DNA of 38,575 bases from IMG/VR virus record IMGVR_UViG_3300024520_000210, positions 1-38,575 of that record; one strand, written 5' to 3'. A program made the position numbers and the translations under genes. Of this stretch, positions 34,543 through 38,575 are shown piece after piece; position 1 is the first letter of the stretch; every line of letters starts with the position of its first letter. This DNA is from a virus. Taxonomy: Duplodnaviria; Caudoviricetes. The notes under the pieces were generated by a model. It made no database searches, was not told where the DNA came from, and worked only from the letters and a program-made list of their open reading frames with translations.

Positions 34543-34929
34543 TTATATACCCTCGCACAACTCAAGTAACCCTTCAGTCGTCATCCCGTCCAAATCTGCG
34601 TTTATATTTATCTGTGTCTTTGGAAACTTTGGCGCCAATACCAACTCGATCGCCCTCATATCTGCATCCTCAACCACAACACCCAATCCCTGACATAACC
34701 CACAACTATCCCCATTACCCTTATCTCCCTCACCCTTGCAACTCTTACACATCTTTGTTTGTGGCTCTAATCTTCTCTCCAATGCATCATAGGCTTTCCG
34801 CTCAAGGCGATCCTTAACCCTTATATCCCTAAATATACCTGTTACTGATGTGGTCTCTAATAAAGAATCATTAACGGCCTTATCACTTAAACTCATCGTC
34901 TCTCTGTTATCTGTTATCTCAGAACTCAT
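34543..34929 (-). CDS. Putative terminase small subunit with DnaJ-type zinc finger
   Basis: CKSCKGEG..CGLCQGLG; AIELVL..TQININ..MTTEGL tail typical of TerS; position. Confidence 0.55.
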   Translation of the reverse strand: MSSEITDNRETMSLSDKAVNDSLLETTSVTGIFRDIRVKDRLERKAYDALERRLEPQTKMCKSCKGEGDKGNGDSCGLCQGLGVVVEDADMRAIELVLAPKFPKTQININADLDGMTTEGLLELCEGI

Positions 34930-35161
34930 CTAAATCAAATTCCTCAGCTATATGAGACCTTATCAAATTACTTAAATCAACTACGTCATTCAAATTAGAT
35001 CCACTGTAACTGTATGCGTTATCGTACTGGTACCTGATTATATGGCGTAACTCACTATCTATATCCAATAATAACATTATCGCGTTCTTAGCCTTCAATG
35101 CCGCCCTGTAACTGTAGGAGTCCATATCATCCTCTAAATCGTACTCTATAATTGCCTTCAT
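34919..35161 (-). CDS. Hypothetical protein, first gene of late operon
   Basis: MKAIIEYDL..LRHIIRY pattern; 80 aa. Confidence 0.7.
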   Translation of the reverse strand: MKAIIEYDLEDDMDSYSYRAALKAKNAIMLLLDIDSELRHIIRYQYDNAYSYSGSNLNDVVDLSNLIRSHIAEEFDLDEF

Positions 35162-35167
35162 TCCCTT

Positions 35168-35207
35168 ATTATACAGTATTGAAGATATGTTTCATAACGT
35201 TGTTATG
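35168..35207 (-). promoter_or_regulatory. Putative late promoter: TATAAT with palindrome in place of -35
   Basis: TATAAT (35173-35168) 6 nt before ATG; CATAAC-GTT-GTTATG at 35193-35207. Confidence 0.5.
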
Positions 35208-35294
35208 GGGTGGCTCTGTTTTTTGTGTCTGTGCGTGGTGGTGGGGCAAGCACCATTCAGCGCTCCGAGACCCGAGGTACCCCGCCCCCGGCGG

Positions 35295-35323
35295 CTCAGA
35301 CAATCAGAGACTCAGACAATCAG
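35295..35323. repeat. 13-bp direct repeat CTCAGACAATCAG x2
   Basis: 35295-35307 and 35311-35323. Confidence 0.85.
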
Positions 35324-35946
35324 TCGCTCCCCCTCGTTGATCGACGCCTCTCCCAGGGTTCGACCCTCAAACCTGCAGACTTTCAGGGTAGCGAAGTGGC
35401 GGAGCCGCGGAGCGGCAGGCCATTCCTACGCGCGCACAATCAGATACAACCCACATTAACTCCCAAACCATTTCAACATTCCAAACCACACAACTCAGCA
35501 ACCCAACACACATGATAGATAGTCACAGACCAATCCTCTTAACAGCCCCTTTTAAGGCTCCAGAAAGCTCATCATTCCACCTCTTAATAAGTGGCTGCAT
35601 ATGATAGTAAAAAGAGGTCTTAAAATCCCTAAAAACAAAAGCACTAAAAAACACCAAAAAACACTAATATGCGAAAAACTTTTCAAAAAACAGGGTTCCA
35701 GAAAAAAGAGGTGTGCGAGTTTTTTAAAAAATAAAAAAAATAAAAAAAAACGCGCAACTCACATGAATACCCCCGACCAAACCTGCTTTTTCGCAGGGCC
35801 CCACGCTCACTTGCAACCAATATTCGTGCGAAAAAGCGAAAAACTTTTTTTAAAAATCAGACAAATGTCATTACACAGTATTCATCGTATGTATTATTGC
35901 GATATTATTTACATACATTAGTAATTTACTTTCCACAAAAAATAAC

Positions 35947-35981
35947 TTGACTTTATAGTACTCGATTATGTATTATAGTAC
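35947..35981 (+). promoter_or_regulatory. Early promoter with direct-repeat operator
   Basis: TTGACT, 18 nt spacer, TATTAT; TTATAGTAC at 35953 and 35973. Confidence 0.55.
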
Positions 35982-36021
35982 ATGAGGCAACTAAATAAAT
36001 AGAAAGGAGGTGTGAAATAAT

Positions 36022-36222
36022 ATGACAAGTAATACAGTTAAGAAGAATGTGATGTTAACTTTGACCATTGAGGAAGCTGCGAAAATAGGGCGATTTATAG
36101 ACGATAGACCCTATATATCTATAGCCAAGTACCTTAAGATGCTTTTTATAGGTAAAATTGACGAAATTGCGAAAAACGAAAAAACGGAATCCGCAAAAAA
36201 AACACCAGACGAAATAGACTAA
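36022..36222 (+). CDS. RHH-like DNA-binding protein, first early gene
   Basis: SD AGAAAGGAGGTG; KKNVMLTLT strand plus two helices (SIAKYLK). Confidence 0.6.
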   Translation: MTSNTVKKNVMLTLTIEEAAKIGRFIDDRPYISIAKYLKMLFIGKIDEIAKNEKTESAKKTPDEID

Positions 36223-36264
36223 AAAACGCCCCAAAAAGGAGACTAAAAAACGCCCCAAAAAGGA
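36217..36264. repeat. 24-bp perfect tandem duplication including SD
   Basis: GACTAAAAAACGCCCCAAAAAGGA x2. Confidence 0.92.
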
Positions 36265-36273
36265 GACAAAAAA

Positions 36274-36783
36274 ATGCTACAAAAAGACATTAAAAAAGCC
36301 CTAAAAAACACCATAAAAAACAGCGACTCAAAACTAGTGATTAAAGTGGCAAATCAGTTACTAGAATTCGAGAATGACGTTGATGAATTGAATGATTATG
36401 TACAAGCCGTAATGAACTCGGCGATGAAGACCGGTGATATTGGTGACACCTTATTAGGGATCATTCAGCTTGCGGCGGAAGCAACAATTGGTGAAGTCCA
36501 TCCATATTTCTCAAACAACACAGATATAAGCGATGATGAGTTGATGGACATGTTCACATTATTCAAGGATATGGAGGGGTTTAGTTCAGACTCGGAGTTA
36601 GGGAGCGATTACAGATCTAATCTATCCTTCTGGCTAGTGGTGTTTAGTGTGATGAGTGAGGCATTAGAGGATAATCTATGGAGCGATGGGGAATCAGTAT
36701 CAATTAGTCCCGGAGCAAAACAAAGAATTGGGAAACTAACCGCTGGGGTGAAAAGGAGGAATTCAGGGGATGGATATGAATAG
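36274..36783 (+). CDS. Acidic helical early protein
   Basis: 169 aa, D/E-rich core, AAGGAG SD. Confidence 0.75.
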   Translation: MLQKDIKKALKNTIKNSDSKLVIKVANQLLEFENDVDELNDYVQAVMNSAMKTGDIGDTLLGIIQLAAEATIGEVHPYFSNNTDISDDELMDMFTLFKDMEGFSSDSELGSDYRSNLSFWLVVFSVMSEALEDNLWSDGESVSISPGAKQRIGKLTAGVKRRNSGDGYE

Positions 36784-36907
36784 GTGCAAAGACGAGATGG
36801 AAAAAGCGATTGATTTGTTAATGGACAGTGAAGAAGAGCCCCCATCAGCGACATTTCGGGTCGAGTTTAGTGAGTACGAAGTAGTACAGACCTTATGTTT
36901 AAATTAG
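36776..36907 (+). CDS. Small acidic hypothetical protein (43 aa, not in ORF track)
   Basis: MNRCKDEMEKAIDLLMDSEEEPPSATFRVEFSEYEVVQTLCLN*; overlaps upstream stop. Confidence 0.5.
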   Translation: MNRCKDEMEKAIDLLMDSEEEPPSATFRVEFSEYEVVQTLCLN

Positions 36908-36925
36908 GCGGGGGAAGGGAATAAT

Positions 36926-37144
36926 ATGAGAGAGTCAAAGATAGAGAAGTTAATAAAAGACGCGATAAAAACAAATCCGGGATCAACAGCGACAGTAATA
37001 AGACAGAGAATTGGCCGACAGAATATAAATAGAGAGCTTTTAGAGATGACAGGATACGAGATGATAAAGAGAGAAGAAATAGAAAACAGAGACAGGTATG
37101 GTGACAGGTATTTATATTATCCGGCTGTTAGTGGAGGAGATTAA
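36926..37144 (+). CDS. Small winged helix-turn-helix-like protein
   Basis: IKDAIKTNPGSTATVI..INRELLEM..IKRE..YLYY. Confidence 0.55.
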   Translation: MRESKIEKLIKDAIKTNPGSTATVIRQRIGRQNINRELLEMTGYEMIKREEIENRDRYGDRYLYYPAVSGGD

Positions 37145-37768
37145 ATGACTAGATTAAGCAAAGAGAAAATAAGGGAGATATTAGAGCAGAAAGAACCGAA
37201 TTTTAGCGGTGAAGACCTGAGCAAAGCAAACCTGAGCAAAGCAAACCTGATCAAAGCAGAACTGAGCGAAGCAAACCTGAGCGAAGCAAACCTGAGCTAT
37301 GCAGACCTGAGCGAAGCAAACCTGAGAAAAGCATACCTGTATCGTGCAGACCTGAACAAAGCAAACCTGGGATTTGCAAACCTGAGCTATGCAAACCTGA
37401 GCTATGCAAACATGAGCAGATCAGAGCTGAGATATGCAAACATGAGCAGATCAGAGCTGAGATATGCAAACCTGAGCTATGCAAACATGAGCAGATCAGA
37501 CCTGAGCAATGCATACCTAAGAGAAGCAGACCTGAGAGAAGCAGACCTGAGATCTGCAGACCTGAGAGGTGCAGACCTAATAGGTACAGACCTGAGCGAA
37601 GCAACCCTGAGAGAAGCAGACCTGAGATCTGCAGACCTGAGAGATGCAGACCTGAGAGATGCAGACCTAAGAGGTGCAGACCTGAGCTATGCAAGAATAG
37701 ACAAAGAACAAATCCCCCTTTTAGTTTCAGCTATAGGTATACAGGTAAATAAAGAGGAAAAAATATGA
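37145..37768 (+). CDS. Pentapeptide-repeat protein 1
   Basis: Continuous A(D/N)Lxx repeats with 15-nt DNA periodicity; GGAGGAG SD. Confidence 0.93.
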   Translation: MTRLSKEKIREILEQKEPNFSGEDLSKANLSKANLIKAELSEANLSEANLSYADLSEANLRKAYLYRADLNKANLGFANLSYANLSYANMSRSELRYANMSRSELRYANLSYANMSRSDLSNAYLREADLREADLRSADLRGADLIGTDLSEATLREADLRSADLRDADLRDADLRGADLSYARIDKEQIPLLVSAIGIQVNKEEKI

Positions 37769-37911
37769 GAGACGGAATCCTAGTACTCAGGTGCTGTGTA
37801 TGTAAGAAATTCCGAGGAAGCAAGAAGACGAGTAAGGGTATGACAGGCATCTCCGACGGATATTGTGACCATTGCTTAGGAAAGATAATGAAAGGATTAG
37901 GTAAGAGTTAA
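37765..37911 (+). CDS. Small zinc-finger protein (48 aa, not in ORF track)
   Basis: MRDGILVLRCCVCKKFRGSKKTSKGMTGISDGYCDHCLGKIMKGLGKS*; ATGA and TAATG coupling on both sides. Confidence 0.7.
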   Translation: MRDGILVLRCCVCKKFRGSKKTSKGMTGISDGYCDHCLGKIMKGLGKS

Positions 37912-38099
37912 TGAATAGAGAGGCAGAAGAAAAAGCAGAAATATTTAAAGATTTAGCAACTCTATATAAGGCAGCAAATTTATTTATAACCTGCCATTAC
38001 AGTCAGGAGTTAAATATCTCTAGCGAGAGATACCTTGATGATTTACGGCGAATTGTAGAGAAGATAAGGAAGACATTAGATGAAAAGGAGGAATTTTAG
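37911..38099 (+). CDS. Hypothetical protein
   Basis: 62-aa coupled ORF. Confidence 0.65.
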   Translation: MNREAEEKAEIFKDLATLYKAANLFITCHYSQELNISSERYLDDLRRIVEKIRKTLDEKEEF

Positions 38100-38101
38100 A
38101 A

Positions 38102-38575
38102 ATGTATAAGAAAAAACCAACTAAAGACGAGTTAGCAAAGATATTAAAAGAAGAAAATCCAGATTTTTCTTATATGGACCTAAGCGGCGTAGATCTGAGA
38201 GATGCAGAGCTGCGAGATTCAAACCTGAGAGGTGCAGACCTGAGCGGTGCCGACCTGAGCGGTGCAGACCTGAGCGGTGCAGACATGAGACGTGCAGACC
38301 TGAGAGATTCAAACCTGAGCAGATCAGACCTGAGAGGGGCAGACCTTTTCGGTGCATACCTGACAAATGCAACCCTGAGAATTGCAAACCTGAGAGATGC
38401 CAACCTGATCTGTGCAGACATGAGCGGTGCAGACCTTTTATGTGCCGAACTGAGATATGCAACCCTGAGCGGTGCCGACCTGAGCGGGGCAAACCTGAGA
38501 AAGGCAGACCTAAGGGGTGCAAAAATAACAAAAAGACAGGAGCGTTTCTTACCTTCAGCTATGGGCATAGAGGTA
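38102..38575 (+). CDS. Pentapeptide-repeat protein 2 (long allele; ends at 226 after circularisation, 163 aa)
   Basis: AGGAGG SD; MYKKKPTKDELAKILKEENPDFSYMDLSGVDLRDAELRDSNLRGADLSGADLSG...; open to window end. Confidence 0.9.
   Translation, partial: MYKKKPTKDELAKILKEENPDFSYMDLSGVDLRDAELRDSNLRGADLSGADLSGADLSGADMRRADLRDSNLSRSDLRGADLFGAYLTNATLRIANLRDANLICADMSGADLLCAELRYATLSGADLSGANLRKADLRGAKITKRQERFLPSAMGIEV
38128..38575. repeat. Terminal redundancy (right copy)
   Basis: Matches 1-208 with extra 38248-38487. Confidence 0.95.

Noticed and set aside
34172-34817. Plus-strand ORFs opposite the late genes
   Set aside because: Shadows caused by strong strand skew; minus-strand genes have SDs and tile the region
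35340-35400. tRNA suggested by GGTTCGACCC
   Set aside because: No 5-bp T stem with 7-nt loop and no cloverleaf or acceptor stem
35152-35921. Plus-strand ORFs 35152..35340, 35187..35459, 35210..35515 and 35601..35921
   Set aside because: Mutually overlapping, low-complexity, no convincing SD; region looks non-coding
35982-36002. Six-codon leader peptide MRQLNK after the early promoter
   Set aside because: Too short to support; expected by chance
37251-38568. Minus-strand ORFs 37251..37694, 38121..38531 and 38170..38568
   Set aside because: Antisense shadows of stop-free 15-nt pentapeptide repeats; no independent evidence
37145-38575. Diversity-generating retroelement or CRISPR array
   Set aside because: No reverse transcriptase, no adenine-specific TR/VR pair, no unique spacers; repeats are coding
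1-38575. Prophage with integrase/att, or alternative genetic code
   Set aside because: No recombinase or host flanks recognised; genes tile densely and TAA, TAG and TGA all act as stops

Overview
Apparently complete ~38.1-38.4 kb tailed-phage genome, podovirus-like, given as a circular permutation. Bases 1-120 equal 38128-38247 and 121-208 equal 38488-38575, so the two ends overlap except for an in-frame 240-bp indel in a pentapeptide-repeat gene. The + strand (36022 through the wrap to 11745) carries early and replication genes: three RHH-like regulators, two pentapeptide-repeat proteins, an SSB-like protein, an SNF2 helicase, a primase-helicase fusion and a VRR-NUC nuclease. The - strand (35161 to 11683) carries terminase, portal, scaffold, capsid, tail, lysis and ejection genes. 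I recognised no integrase, DNA polymerase, tRNA, CRISPR array or reverse transcriptase. The most striking feature is a split, phage-encoded glycosylation system. A three-gene CMP-nonulosonic (sialic-acid-like) donor pathway (NeuB-family synthase, HAD phosphatase, NeuA-like cytidylyltransferase) sits between helicase and primase. A TagF/KpsS-like GT-B protein, a SAM methyltransferase and a GT4-like glycosyltransferase sit just downstream of the major capsid gene. Together these suggest virion decoration with a possibly methylated nonulosonic acid such as KDN. All calls come from motif recognition by eye; no database searches were run.
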